This document shows, piece after piece, positions 1 through 8,791 of a stretch of 20,000 bases of DNA (position 1 is its first letter; each line of letters begins with the position of its first letter). This DNA is from Pseudomonadota bacterium (GTDB taxonomy: Bacteria; Bdellovibrionota_F; JAHFAK01; JBDREC01). The stretch lies in the NCBI GenBank assembly GCA_043820105.1, contig JBDREC010000039.1:49793-69792 (forward strand), written 5' to 3'. Below the pieces are notes generated by a model. It had not been told where the DNA came from, did no database searches, and was given only the letters and a program-made list of their open reading frames with translations. A program made the translations under genes and the position numbers.

Positions 1-1
1 G

Positions 2-466
2 AAGCCATCCATTTTCTTCATTTAAATAATAAGGATTTATTTCTCCACCAAATTTAATTATTGTTGCTGAATAAAGAGGATAGCCAGGATATGGAATTAA
101 TATATTTTCACCTTCATTTAGTAAAGCTGCAAAGCTTAAGTCAATAGCTTCAGATCCACCATTTGTGACAAAAATATCCTGAATATTATCTATTCCCATC
201 TTGCTTGCATCATTTTTTATAGCTTCAACAGCTTGGCTTGTTCCTTCTGAAGCTGAATAGCCATTAAAGTTTTTTGACATGGCTTCTGTTACAGCATTTC
301 TTAAGTATTCAGGAGTAGCAAAATCATATTGCATTGGATCACCAATATTTAGATATAATAATTTTTTGCCGGATTTTGCAGCTTCTTTTGCAACTAAAAC
401 AATGTCTCTAACTGCGTATTCGATGTTTTTGGTTCTTTTTGCTGGGGTAATTTTATTAGATAACAT
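2..466 (-). CDS. PLP-dependent aminotransferase class I/II (AlaA/AspC-like), 3'-truncated by window edge
   Basis: Not in the ORF track; translated by hand from ATG at 466: MLSNKITPAKRTKNIEYAVRDIV...LYLNIGDP...NGYSASEG...FVTNGGSEAI...IPYPGYPLY. SD AAGAGGAG just upstream. Confidence 0.9.
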   Translation of the reverse strand, partial: MLSNKITPAKRTKNIEYAVRDIVLVAKEAAKSGKKLLYLNIGDPMQYDFATPEYLRNAVTEAMSKNFNGYSASEGTSQAVEAIKNDASKMGIDNIQDIFVTNGGSEAIDLSFAALLNEGENILIPYPGYPLYSATIIKFGGEINPYYLNEENGWL

Positions 467-484
467 TTTAATCTCCTCTTTAAA

Positions 485-512
485 GTGGTAAGCGGTAAGT
501 GGTAAGTGGTAA
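485..512. repeat. Tandem heptamer array (GYGGTAA)x4
   Basis: GTGGTAA GCGGTAA GTGGTAA GTGGTAA. Confidence 0.9.
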
Positions 513-516
513 GAAT

Positions 517-590
517 GGTATTCGGTATTTAGTATTCGGTATTCAGTTAAGAATAATAACTGAATACTGATAAACAGAATACTGAATACT
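517..590. repeat. Palindromic heptamer element, copy 1
   Basis: GGTATTC GGTATTT AGTATTC GGTATTC - 17 nt - GAATACT GATAAACA GAATACT GAATACT. Confidence 0.9.
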
Positions 591-596
591 AAAAAA

Positions 597-670
597 CACG
601 CCCGGCAGGATTTGAACCTGCGACCTACTGATTAGAAGTCAGTTGCTCTATCCAGCTGAGCTACGAGCGC
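597..670 (-). tRNA. tRNA-Arg(UCU), CCA not encoded
   Basis: Reverse complement GCGCTCGTAGCTCAGCTGGATAGAGCA ACTGA-CTTCTAA-TCAGT AGGTC GCAGG-TTCAAAT-CCTGC CGGGCGTG folds as a cloverleaf with anticodon TCT. Confidence 0.97.
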
Positions 671-732
671 ATAATACTAATTCATTTGGAAAAGACAAAT
701 AAGGTTTCAGTAAATTAAAGTCAAGAAAAAGT

Positions 733-780
733 GAACAAGGGAACAAGAGCGCAAGGGAACAGGGGAAGAGGGGAACAAAA
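733..780. repeat. Degenerate octamer tandem array (~GAACARGG)x6
   Basis: GAACAAGG GAACAAGA GCGCAAGG GAACAGGG GAAGAGGG GAACAAAA. Confidence 0.75.
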
Positions 781-783
781 AGC

Positions 784-828
784 AAAAAAAAAAGGAAAAT
801 CCTTTTGCAATAAGGAACTTCCTTTTTT
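784..828 (-). terminator. Rho-independent terminator of the HU gene
   Basis: Minus strand GGAAGTTCCTT-ATTGCAA-AAGGATTTTCC followed by a T10 tract, ~30 nt after the HU stop. Confidence 0.8.
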
Positions 829-856
829 AAAATTCTTTTTAAAACCTTTTATCAGC

Positions 857-1138
857 TTATAATTTTTCTTTATAAGTTGAAGAAGGTTTAAAAGTAACAG
901 TATTTCTTGCTTTGATCTTGATCTTGTCGCCAGTTTGTGGATTTCTACCAGTTCTAGCTTTTCTTCTTTTTACTGTCCAAGTTCCGAATCCTGGATAAGT
1001 AAATCTTTTTGTCTTTTTAAGACCTTTTCCAAGTTCTGTGAAAGTTGAGTCAACGATTTCATTAATAAGAACTTTGCTCAAGCCTTTGTTTTTGCTTAAA
1101 TTCTTATACAATACATCGATTAATTCAGCCTTTGTCAT
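857..1138 (-). CDS. hup: HU family DNA-binding protein
   Basis: MTKAELID...GFGTWTVKRRKARTGRNPQTG...TVTFKPS. Start moved to ATG 1138 because GGAGGT lies at 1143-1148. Confidence 0.95.
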   Translation of the reverse strand: MTKAELIDVLYKNLSKNKGLSKVLINEIVDSTFTELGKGLKKTKRFTYPGFGTWTVKRRKARTGRNPQTGDKIKIKARNTVTFKPSSTYKEKL

Positions 1139-1378
1139 GGATACCTCCGAGTTAAAATTGTTAACAAAGTACAAAGTTTCTAAACCTTAAGCTAAAGGGT
1201 GTCAAGAGAAAACAAGCCCTAGAGTGCTTATTTTTATTGTTTTTGCTTGGCTTCTGCTGTAACCTAGCTAAAAAGGGCATTTACAGGCAATAACATAACA
1301 AAAGATAATTTATTTTCTTTTATTGATTCAATTTATATTTTTATTTAAGATAATTAAAATTAAAAAAATGGAGTTAAT

Positions 1379-1567
1379 ATGCCAATAGTTAGAATAGAAG
1401 GACCCAAATTTAAAAGCCTTGATCACAAAAGAAAAATGGTGGAAAAAATTACAGAAACCGTTTCGGAAATATTTGAAATGCCAAAAGAAACTGTAATTGT
1501 TATTTTAAAGGAGCTTGAGAAGGAAAATGTTGGGCTAAGTGGTAAGCTGGTTGTTGATAGGGATTGA
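1379..1567 (+). CDS. 4-oxalocrotonate tautomerase family protein (DmpI-like)
   Basis: 62 aa with catalytic Pro after Met (MPIVRIEGP), C-terminal ENVGLSG, SD GGAG. Confidence 0.9.
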   Translation: MPIVRIEGPKFKSLDHKRKMVEKITETVSEIFEMPKETVIVILKELEKENVGLSGKLVVDRD

Positions 1568-1569
1568 TT

Positions 1570-1878
1570 TTACTGATTTTCTTGAGTTTTTTCTTTAATT
1601 AAATCCTTTATTTTATCTGCTGTTTTTTCATCTTTAATTTCATTTAAAGTTTCTTTTGCTTTGTCAGTTGAGTCTTTTAAGGTTTCAGATATTTTTTTCA
1701 TACCTTCCTTTTTAAGTTCATTTGCTTCAATAATTATTTTTTCTGTAATGTTTTTTTGTTTCACAAATGACCTGAGATGATAAAAAATTACCTTATCATT
1801 TATTGGAATATTTAAAAACGCAAATGTTAGCACAACAGTAATTGTTAGTTTAAGTAATGCTATTGGAAGCTTTAGCAA
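1570..1878 (-). CDS. Hypothetical membrane-anchored protein
   Basis: TTG start with strong SD AAGGAGG; hydrophobic N-terminus and K/E-rich C-terminus. Confidence 0.75.
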   Translation of the reverse strand: MLKLPIALLKLTITVVLTFAFLNIPINDKVIFYHLRSFVKQKNITEKIIIEANELKKEGMKKISETLKDSTDKAKETLNEIKDEKTADKIKDLIKEKTQENQ

Positions 1879-1895
1879 GATTCCTCCTTGTTAGT

Positions 1896-1944
1896 TGCTT
1901 GATGCTCGATGCTTGATGCTCGATGCTTGATGCTCGATGCTCGG
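1896..1944. repeat. Tandem heptamer array (TGCTYGA)x7
   Basis: TGCTTGA and TGCTCGA alternate three times, then TGCTCGG. Confidence 0.95.
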
Positions 1945-1980
1945 TGTTTTAATGTCTTATAAAACTATTAAGCATTATTT

Positions 1981-2460
1981 TCATGCTTTAAGATAATTAA
2001 CCAATCCACCAGCTTCAATTATTTTTAGTACAGAATCTGGAAACGCTGCAAATTTATATTCTTTTCCGTTTTCGGTTTTTATTATACCCTCTTTAATATT
2101 AATTTCAATATTTTCGTTTTCATTGAAGTTGTCAACAAGCTCAGGGCACGAAATAGCGGGCAATCCTTCGTTTATGCAATTTCTATAATATATTCTTGCA
2201 AAGGATTTTGCTATTATAAATGAGACCCCTGAAAGTTTTAAGCATTTAACAGCCTGCTCACGAGATGAACCACAACCGAAATTTTTACCTGCGATAATAA
2301 TATCACCATTTTTTACATTCCCTGCGAACTCTGGGTCTAAATCTTCCAAAGCATATTTAGCCATTTCTGATTCTTCTGTTACAGTATAAGTATATTTTCC
2401 AGCAAAGATTACGTCAGTGTTAACATCATCACCGTATTTCCAAATTTTACTGTTTTTCAT
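1981..2460 (-). CDS. leuD: 3-isopropylmalate dehydratase/homoaconitase small subunit (LeuD/HacB type 2)
   Basis: GDDVNTDVI, AGKNFGCGSSREQA, SFARIYYRN motifs. Confidence 0.9.
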   Translation of the reverse strand: MKNSKIWKYGDDVNTDVIFAGKYTYTVTEESEMAKYALEDLDPEFAGNVKNGDIIIAGKNFGCGSSREQAVKCLKLSGVSFIIAKSFARIYYRNCINEGLPAISCPELVDNFNENENIEINIKEGIIKTENGKEYKFAAFPDSVLKIIEAGGLVNYLKA

Positions 2461-2479
2461 GCCAATCTTCTCTATTTAT

Positions 2480-2550
2480 TGTATTCAGTATTCAGTATTT
2501 AGTATTCAGTAAATACAAAACCGAATACCGAATAGTGAATACCGAATACT
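2480..2550. repeat. Palindromic heptamer element, copy 2
   Basis: TGTATTC AGTATTC AGTATTT AGTATTC - 15 nt - GAATACC GAATAGT GAATACC GAATACT; overlaps the large-subunit stop codon. Confidence 0.9.
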
Positions 2551-3802
2551 ATTTAACATTTCTCGGATCTTCAATCTTTCCACTAAGCGCACTCGCTGCT
2601 ACTGTTTCCGGACTTGCCAAATAAACCTCAGCTTCCTTACAGCCCATTCGTCCTTTAAAATTTCTGTTAGCTGTTGATAAGCAAATTTCGCCTGGAGCAA
2701 GTGTGCCTTCATGAGCACCTAAACAGGGACCGCAGCCTGGATTCATTATTACAGCTCCAGCTTCTGAGAGAACCTGGATTGTTCCATTTTTTAAGCAGTT
2801 TTGAAATACCAGGTTTGAAGCTGGGAAAATTAATAGCCTGATATTTTTATTTATTTTTTTTCCTTTTAATATTGCAGCTGCTTTTAAAAGATCGTCTTCT
2901 CTTCCGTTTGTGCAAGTGCCTATTAAACCTTGGTGAAATTCAAGACCTTTTTTTTCTGAAACTTTTAAAACATTGTCTACAGTATGTGGGCAGGCAAGCA
3001 TTGGTTCTATTTCATTTAGGTTATAATACAGTTCCCTGGCATAAGCAGCATTCTCGTCAGGGACCATTATTTCAAAATCCAATTTGCCAATATTTTTAAA
3101 ATAATTTAAAACCTCATCATTTGGAGGGAAAAAACAGTTTTTTGCTCCCATTTCAGCAGCCATATTTGCAATTGTCATTCTATCTGAGATTGAAAGATTA
3201 TTAAGACCTTCACCAAAAAATTCTACAGACATGTAATCAGCTCCATCTGATCTGATATCTGAAATTATTTTTAATACAAAATCTTTAGCGCTTACCTTTT
3301 TTTGAAAATTTCCTGACACAATAATTTTCATTGCTTCTGGAACCTTTAACCAGAGTTCTCCTGTTGCCCAAATTGCAGCTGCTTCTGTTCTGCCAATCCC
3401 AGCTGAGAAACTTCCAAAAGCTCCATAGGTTGTTGTATGAGAATCTGAACCAAGAATTAATGTGCCTGGCAGCGCAAAGCCTTCCTCGGGCAGAACCTGA
3501 TGGCAAACACCTCTGTTAATATCAAAAAAATTAGTGATTGCCTGTTCTTTTACAAACTCTCTTGCCTCTTTGTGGTTTTGGGCATATTTTTCAGTTGCAG
3601 CTGGCACACAATGGTCAAGTATTATCACAATTCTTTCAGGATATTTTACTTTTTCAACCCCAATTTTTTTAAATGTTTTGCTAATAGCGCTGGAGTTGTC
3701 GTGGGACATAATGAAGTCAGGTTTTGCAATTACAATATCCCCTGCTTTTGCATCAATTCCTGTTTTTTTACTAAGAACTTTTTCAGCAAATGTTTTTGGC
3801 AT
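2549..3802 (-). CDS. leuC: 3-isopropylmalate dehydratase/homoaconitase large subunit (LeuC/HacA type 2)
   Basis: DHCVP, GVCHQV, GSDSHTTTYGA, GTCTNGR, PGCGPCLG (4Fe-4S cysteines), STANRNFKGRMG. Confidence 0.92.
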   Translation of the reverse strand: MPKTFAEKVLSKKTGIDAKAGDIVIAKPDFIMSHDNSSAISKTFKKIGVEKVKYPERIVIILDHCVPAATEKYAQNHKEAREFVKEQAITNFFDINRGVCHQVLPEEGFALPGTLILGSDSHTTTYGAFGSFSAGIGRTEAAAIWATGELWLKVPEAMKIIVSGNFQKKVSAKDFVLKIISDIRSDGADYMSVEFFGEGLNNLSISDRMTIANMAAEMGAKNCFFPPNDEVLNYFKNIGKLDFEIMVPDENAAYARELYYNLNEIEPMLACPHTVDNVLKVSEKKGLEFHQGLIGTCTNGREDDLLKAAAILKGKKINKNIRLLIFPASNLVFQNCLKNGTIQVLSEAGAVIMNPGCGPCLGAHEGTLAPGEICLSTANRNFKGRMGCKEAEVYLASPETVAASALSGKIEDPRNVK

Positions 3803-4379
3803 ATTCCTTCCTTTTTAAACGTTCAACTCTTATAATTGCACAGATATCTTCGGCTGCTTCTTTAACTTCTGCATTTTCTACACAATAGTCATATTTGTCA
3901 ATATAACTCAGTTCTTCTTTTGCTATATCTATTCTTTTTTTAATGACCTCATCTGAGTCAAGATTTCTAAATCTTAATCTTTTTTCTAAATCCTCAAAAC
4001 TTGGAGTTAAAATATAGATTAAAATTGCATTTGAATATCTTTTTTTAATATTCATTGCACCTTGAACATCTATATCCTTTATAATATCGTATTCGCCTTC
4101 TGAAATTTCTTTTAAGGTTGTTTTGGAGCTTCCATAGGAGTTGCCATATACATTTGCATGTTCTAAAAAATCATCTTCAGCTATTTTTTTTTGGAAATTT
4201 TCATTTGATAAGAAAAAATAATCTTTCTTGTCTGTTTCACCTTCTCGCATAGGTCTTGTTGTGTGAGTAATTAGACGGCGAAGATTTTTTGATTTTTTTA
4301 AAACTTCACTAATAACAGTTGTTTTTCCAGCACCTGACGGGGCTGAGATTACAAAAAACAAGGGATCTTTATTCAACAT
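3783..4379 (-). CDS. gmk: Guanylate kinase
   Basis: SAPSGAGKTT P-loop, HTTRPMREGE, YGNSYG, DIDVQGA. Start at ATG 4379 (AAGGAG at 4390-4395), overlapping the yicC stop. Confidence 0.96.
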   Translation of the reverse strand: MLNKDPLFFVISAPSGAGKTTVISEVLKKSKNLRRLITHTTRPMREGETDKKDYFFLSNENFQKKIAEDDFLEHANVYGNSYGSSKTTLKEISEGEYDIIKDIDVQGAMNIKKRYSNAILIYILTPSFEDLEKRLRFRNLDSDEVIKKRIDIAKEELSYIDKYDYCVENAEVKEAAEDICAIIRVERLKRKEYAKNIC

Positions 4380-5244
4380 TTTGAATCTGCTCCTTGATTT
4401 TTTCAAGCTCACTTTTAATGAAAATAACATGAGATGAAATGTCAGCTTCTCTTGATTTTACTGAAAGCGTATTAAACTCTCTTTGCAGTTCTTGTAGCAA
4501 GAAATCTACTTTTCTGCCAACGTCACCTTTTGCTTCTATGAATTCATCAAATTGAGCAAGGTGACTTTTTATTCTGGTGATTTCTTCAGTGATATCTGCC
4601 TTATCTGTAATATAGGCTATCTCCTGATTAAATCTTTGTTCATCAATATCTACATCAGTTAAAAGTTTGCTTATTCTATCTTTAACTTTTTGAGTAAGCT
4701 TATTAAGCACTTCATCTTTTTTGCTTTCAATTTCAAGAAGTCGTAAAACCACATTTTCTTTGTGTTCTAATATGTCTTTTTTTAGATTTTCTCCTTCGCC
4801 CTGCCTCATTTTATTTAGGCTTTTTAGGGTTTGCTCAAAGAGCTCGGCAAAGGCTTCAAAATCTTTGTCAATATATCGATTATCCATCTCTTGAAAATTA
4901 TTTAAAAAGCCTGTTACATGATCAATTTTAACCTCGTCTTCAAGATTGCATTCAGCCTTTATACTTTTTAAGCCTTCAAGATAGTCCTTTATTGCTTTTT
5001 TATGAGCATCAGAAAAATATTTTGATTCAATATTTTTTTCAATATTCAAAAACACATCAACCCGACCTCTGCTTAAATGCTTTTTAACAAGTGGAATTAA
5101 CTGGTGTTCCCAACGCGAATAAAATCTGGGCAGTTTAAATTTCAAATCAAGATACTTGTTATTCACAGTTTTAATTTCCAAATAATAATTGGAACCATTG
5201 ATAAGTTTTGATTCTTGTGCAAATCCTGTCATACTTGTAAACAT
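4369..5244 (-). CDS. yicC: YicC/YloC family endoribonuclease
   Basis: SMTGF N-terminus; DITEEITRIKSH, GRKVDFLLQELQREFNTLSVKS, KEQIQNVE C-terminus. Confidence 0.95.
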   Translation of the reverse strand: MFTSMTGFAQESKLINGSNYYLEIKTVNNKYLDLKFKLPRFYSRWEHQLIPLVKKHLSRGRVDVFLNIEKNIESKYFSDAHKKAIKDYLEGLKSIKAECNLEDEVKIDHVTGFLNNFQEMDNRYIDKDFEAFAELFEQTLKSLNKMRQGEGENLKKDILEHKENVVLRLLEIESKKDEVLNKLTQKVKDRISKLLTDVDIDEQRFNQEIAYITDKADITEEITRIKSHLAQFDEFIEAKGDVGRKVDFLLQELQREFNTLSVKSREADISSHVIFIKSELEKIKEQIQNVE

Positions 5245-5260
5245 AGTACACCTTTGGGTT

Positions 5261-5332
5261 AGTATTCAGTATACAGGATTCGGTATTCAGTTTTATTCTT
5301 TGCTGAATACTGGCTACCGAATACAGAATACA
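5261..5332. repeat. Palindromic heptamer element, copy 3
   Basis: AGTATTC AGTATAC AGGATTC GGTATTC - 16 nt - GAATACT GGCTACC GAATACA GAATACA. Confidence 0.88.
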
Positions 5333-5340
5333 ATAGTTAG

Positions 5341-5874
5341 TTAACTTTTATTTTTTTTTAATTCAATGTAATAATCATTCCTAACTTCTTTAAAAAAATC
5401 AATTGTCTTTTTATATTTATAATCTGGATAAGTCCATTCTAGGGTGTCAAATGAGTTGTGCCTGTATATTAAAGTTGTTTCTACCCAAACCCTGTTTCCA
5501 AGCAAAACCCGATGAGCAAAGCCTTTAAATGTGCTTAACACAAGGTTGTGTAAGGTGATATAACCAGGGTCAATGTTGATGCTTCTTTTTTCTTCTTTGG
5601 AAAAAGATTGCTCAATTTCATAAGAAAGATATTTCAGATCTATTACTTTTAGATTGTCAAATAAACCTTCAAATATAATAAAACTTCTTTTTAATGAAGC
5701 TCCCATTTCTTTTTCATAATATGAAGTTTGATCAAATTCAAATAGGGGTGATATTTTTTGAATGTTTGTAAATTTTTCTTTTAAGAGGCAAATGCATTTT
5801 TCAAACTTTTCCTTATCCTTATATATAATGCCTGCAAAAAGTTTAACTGGATCTGGGTTATATGGGTGTGACAT
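5341..5874 (-). CDS. DUF4416 family protein
   Basis: TSYYEKEMG, RSINIDPGY, STFKGFAHR, WTYPDY motifs; typical position upstream of yicC. Confidence 0.9.
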   Translation of the reverse strand: MSHPYNPDPVKLFAGIIYKDKEKFEKCICLLKEKFTNIQKISPLFEFDQTSYYEKEMGASLKRSFIIFEGLFDNLKVIDLKYLSYEIEQSFSKEEKRSINIDPGYITLHNLVLSTFKGFAHRVLLGNRVWVETTLIYRHNSFDTLEWTYPDYKYKKTIDFFKEVRNDYYIELKKNKS

Positions 5875-5878
5875 AAGT

Positions 5879-7009
5879 TTACTCGATTTCTAAATTTTTA
5901 TGATAATTATTAAGGTTTTCACATCCCTTGTTTTTTATATAAACGAGATCTTCAATTCTTACTCCACCAATATCTTCATAATAAAGGCCAGGTTCAATTG
6001 ATGTTATGTTTCCCTTTTCTAAGCGAGGTCCATTGGCATTTATAATAGGTGTTTCGTGGATCTCAAGACCAATTCCATGCCCAGTTCCATGAAAAAAACC
6101 TTGATAACGATCATTTATCATGCCTGTTTTAAAACCTTGAGAGTCAAAAAATGCAAGAATTTTTTCATGAAGCCTTTTACTTTCAAGACCATCATGAATT
6201 TGATCAATGGCCATTTCTTGAGCATCTCTAACAGTTTGATGCATTTTTTTGAGCTCTTTTGAAGCTTTTCCTTTGACAAAGGTTCTAGTCATATCTCCGA
6301 AATAATTATTAATAAACGATTTTGGAGCTATATCAAAAATGATTGTTTCATTTGCTTTTATTGGACCAGATCCCGAAAGATGAGGAAAGGTTGAGTCATT
6401 TCCACAAGCAACAATCATGTCTTCACAAAACATACCCTTTGAAAACAAGTGCCCATTAATAAGGGTTTTAAGCAGCTCACTTGTTACAATTTCACCTTCA
6501 TAAAGTATATTGCCGTTCTCGATGCGTGAAGCTTTTAATAAATTTTCAGCTTTTAATAAAGCTTCCTCAATTATAGTTTGGTTTTCTTTTATAATGCATT
6601 TTTCAGCTTCTTTTTTTATTTTTCTTGCTTTAAAAAAGGGTATATCCTTATTTATTGTTATGCTAAAGCCATTTTCTTTTAGTGTGTTAAAGGTGCTTAA
6701 ATTAAAGATTTCAGGAATAATTAGATCTTTAATATTGTTATCCTTTAAAAAGGCCATAATAGCAAAAAGCTCAGGATCATGGCTTTGTTTTGTATTATAT
6801 GATTCGATTAAATTATTTATCACCAGTACTTCATCAACACTTGATTCTTTTTTTGCCCTTCCTTCCTCAATTGTCCTGGTTATATAATAAGATTTGCCAT
6901 TAAAAGATAAATATTCGCCAGGGATTTCTGTTAAAAAATTGGTCGCATAAAAAAGATCCGGGTCTTTTTTGGAGGAGCCAATTAGTAGTATTGCGGTGTT
7001 TGTAGTCAT
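5879..7009 (-). CDS. Xaa-Pro peptidase (M24B family)
   Basis: YFGDMTRT, HGTGHGIGLEIHE, SIEPGLY, GGVRIED metal-binding motifs. Confidence 0.93.
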   Translation of the reverse strand: MTTNTAILLIGSSKKDPDLFYATNFLTEIPGEYLSFNGKSYYITRTIEEGRAKKESSVDEVLVINNLIESYNTKQSHDPELFAIMAFLKDNNIKDLIIPEIFNLSTFNTLKENGFSITINKDIPFFKARKIKKEAEKCIIKENQTIIEEALLKAENLLKASRIENGNILYEGEIVTSELLKTLINGHLFSKGMFCEDMIVACGNDSTFPHLSGSGPIKANETIIFDIAPKSFINNYFGDMTRTFVKGKASKELKKMHQTVRDAQEMAIDQIHDGLESKRLHEKILAFFDSQGFKTGMINDRYQGFFHGTGHGIGLEIHETPIINANGPRLEKGNITSIEPGLYYEDIGGVRIEDLVYIKNKGCENLNNYHKNLEIE

Positions 7010-7029
7010 CTATATTTTCTTTCTTTTCA

Positions 7030-7064
7030 TTAATTATTAATTGTTAATTGTTAACTATTAATTA
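7030..7064. repeat. Tandem heptamer array (TTAAYTR)x5
   Basis: TTAATTA TTAATTG TTAATTG TTAACTA TTAATTA. Confidence 0.75.
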
Positions 7065-7143
7065 TTTTTAAAACCTCTATTTAAGATTGCAGCGATTTTA
7101 ACAAGATATCCCTTTAAATAATCAATACACTTTATTTAAACAA

Positions 7144-7174
7144 TTGACAACTATTTCTAATCTGTATAGGTAAT
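7144..7174 (+). promoter_or_regulatory. Putative sigma-70 promoter of the atp operon
   Basis: Perfect TTGACA at 7144-7149; imperfect -10 region TGTATAGGTAAT. Confidence 0.4.
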
Positions 7175-7204
7175 TTTTTCAATTTCATTGTTTAAGGGTT
7201 TGTT

Positions 7205-7624
7205 TTGATAGAATTAATTCCAAGCGAAATTTTGATTCAGTTTATTTTGTATTTTATTGTATATATAGTTATATCCAGGCTTGTATTTAAGCCAATACTT
7301 AGGATCATTGACTCCAGAAGAAAGCTTATTGATGGAAACCTGGCTAAAGCAAAAGAACTTGAATCCAAAATTGATGAAAAAATTACTCTTTATGAAACTC
7401 AGATAACTAAAGCTCGAAAAGAAGCTGTATCAAGAAAATCTACTATTGCACAAGAAGGATACTCAATTCAATCTGAAAAAATAAATAAAGCAAAAGAGGA
7501 AGCAAAAAAAGAAATACTGGAATTTAACAATAAACTTGAACTTGAAATAAACAAGGCTTCAGAAGAAATTCAAAAAGAAGCCATTATGGTAGCTGAGATG
7601 CTGGAAAACAAGCTGAATGTTTGA
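7205..7624 (+). CDS. atpF2: ATP synthase F0 subunit b'
   Basis: N-terminal TM segment, FKPILRIIDSR, coiled coil; first gene of the atp cluster. Confidence 0.85.
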   Translation: MIELIPSEILIQFILYFIVYIVISRLVFKPILRIIDSRRKLIDGNLAKAKELESKIDEKITLYETQITKARKEAVSRKSTIAQEGYSIQSEKINKAKEEAKKEILEFNNKLELEINKASEEIQKEAIMVAEMLENKLNV

Positions 7625-7677
7625 GAATGTTTTTTTTTGGCATGCGCACGTTAAAGGTTTAAGGATGATGAGAAAAA

Positions 7678-8247
7678 ATGAAAAATAGTAGCTTAAAAAT
7701 TGTGATTTTATTTTTGCTAATCAATCCTATTCTTTTGTTTGCTTCAGTTAGCAATGAAGAACATGGATTTAATATTAAAGCATTTGTTTTTGCATTAATA
7801 AATTTCTCTATATTTGTTGGAGTAATTTTTTATTTTACTAAGAAAAAAATTATTCAAGGATTAAAAGATAGAAGCCTTAAAATCAAAAAAGAAATAGAAA
7901 CAGCTACAAAACTTAAACAAGAAGCATTGGAAAAATTTGAAGAATATGATTCCAAGCTCAGTTATATTGAGACTGAAATTAATAAAATAAGCCAAGATTC
8001 TGAAAATGATGGTCTGTTATTTAAAGAAAGGCTTGCTCAGGAAGGTGATAAAATAGCTAAAAAAATAATTTCAGATGTTGAAAGCTCCTGTGAAAACGAA
8101 TTAGCAAAAGCAAAGCTTGCCATTAAAGCTGAAATTTTAAGACTAGCAGAGGCTAGTGTAATTGATAAAATGACCAAAGATTCTAAGGCTTCAGATGAAG
8201 ACATAATGAATTTGCTAAATAAGGAGAAGCTCTTTGATAACAAATGA
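7678..8247 (+). CDS. atpF: ATP synthase F0 subunit b
   Basis: Signal-like extension, INFSIFVGVIFYF TM segment, coiled coil; precedes delta. Confidence 0.88.
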   Translation: MKNSSLKIVILFLLINPILLFASVSNEEHGFNIKAFVFALINFSIFVGVIFYFTKKKIIQGLKDRSLKIKKEIETATKLKQEALEKFEEYDSKLSYIETEINKISQDSENDGLLFKERLAQEGDKIAKKIISDVESSCENELAKAKLAIKAEILRLAEASVIDKMTKDSKASDEDIMNLLNKEKLFDNK

Positions 8248-8773
8248 TATTGCCAGACGATATGCAAAGTCTTTATTTTTAATAGGGCAAGAAGATCAAA
8301 CTTTTGATATGTTAAAAGAGCAACTTGTTGACCTTGAAGCAATATTTAATGATAATTCTGTTCTTTTGAAAACTCTTGATTCTCCGATTATCGAAAAAGA
8401 AGTTAAAAAAAATATTATTATAGATCTTTGTGATAGCATGAAGTTATCAGATGAAATGAAATCCCTTTTACTCTTACTTGAAAAAAACAAAAGAATAAGC
8501 TTTTTCTCTGATATTACACGGGGATTTTGCTCTATGATTGATGCCAAAGAAAATATTGAAAGAGTTACAATCTTATCAGCAAAAGAATTAAACCAAGCAT
8601 TTAAAAATAAAATAACTTCATATTTAGAAGAAAAATTAGGCAAAAAAGTTGTTAGCACCTTTTCAATAGATAAAAAATTAATTAGTGGTTTGAAAATTCA
8701 AATTGGGACAAAGGAGCTTGATACATCTACCTTTGCTCAATTAAATCTTTTAAGAAAAAAAGTTATAAAATAA
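8234..8773 (+). CDS. atpH: ATP synthase F1 subunit delta
   Basis: IARRYAKSLF, IDKKLISGLKIQIG..LD motifs; TTG start. Confidence 0.93.
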   Translation: MITNDIARRYAKSLFLIGQEDQTFDMLKEQLVDLEAIFNDNSVLLKTLDSPIIEKEVKKNIIIDLCDSMKLSDEMKSLLLLLEKNKRISFFSDITRGFCSMIDAKENIERVTILSAKELNQAFKNKITSYLEEKLGKKVVSTFSIDKKLISGLKIQIGTKELDTSTFAQLNLLRKKVIK

Positions 8774-8791
8774 TTGTAATGGAGCCAAAAT

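Noticed and set aside
279-491. 70-aa plus-strand ORF and other short antisense ORFs (e.g. 2872, 3331, 3500, 6056, 6510, 8037, 8296, 11387, 12659, 13880, 19256)
   Set aside because: They overlap well-supported genes on the other strand or frame and carry no recognisable motifs.
517-590. Heptamer elements as CRISPR arrays
   Set aside because: Units are 7 nt with no unique ~30-nt spacers, and there are no cas genes.
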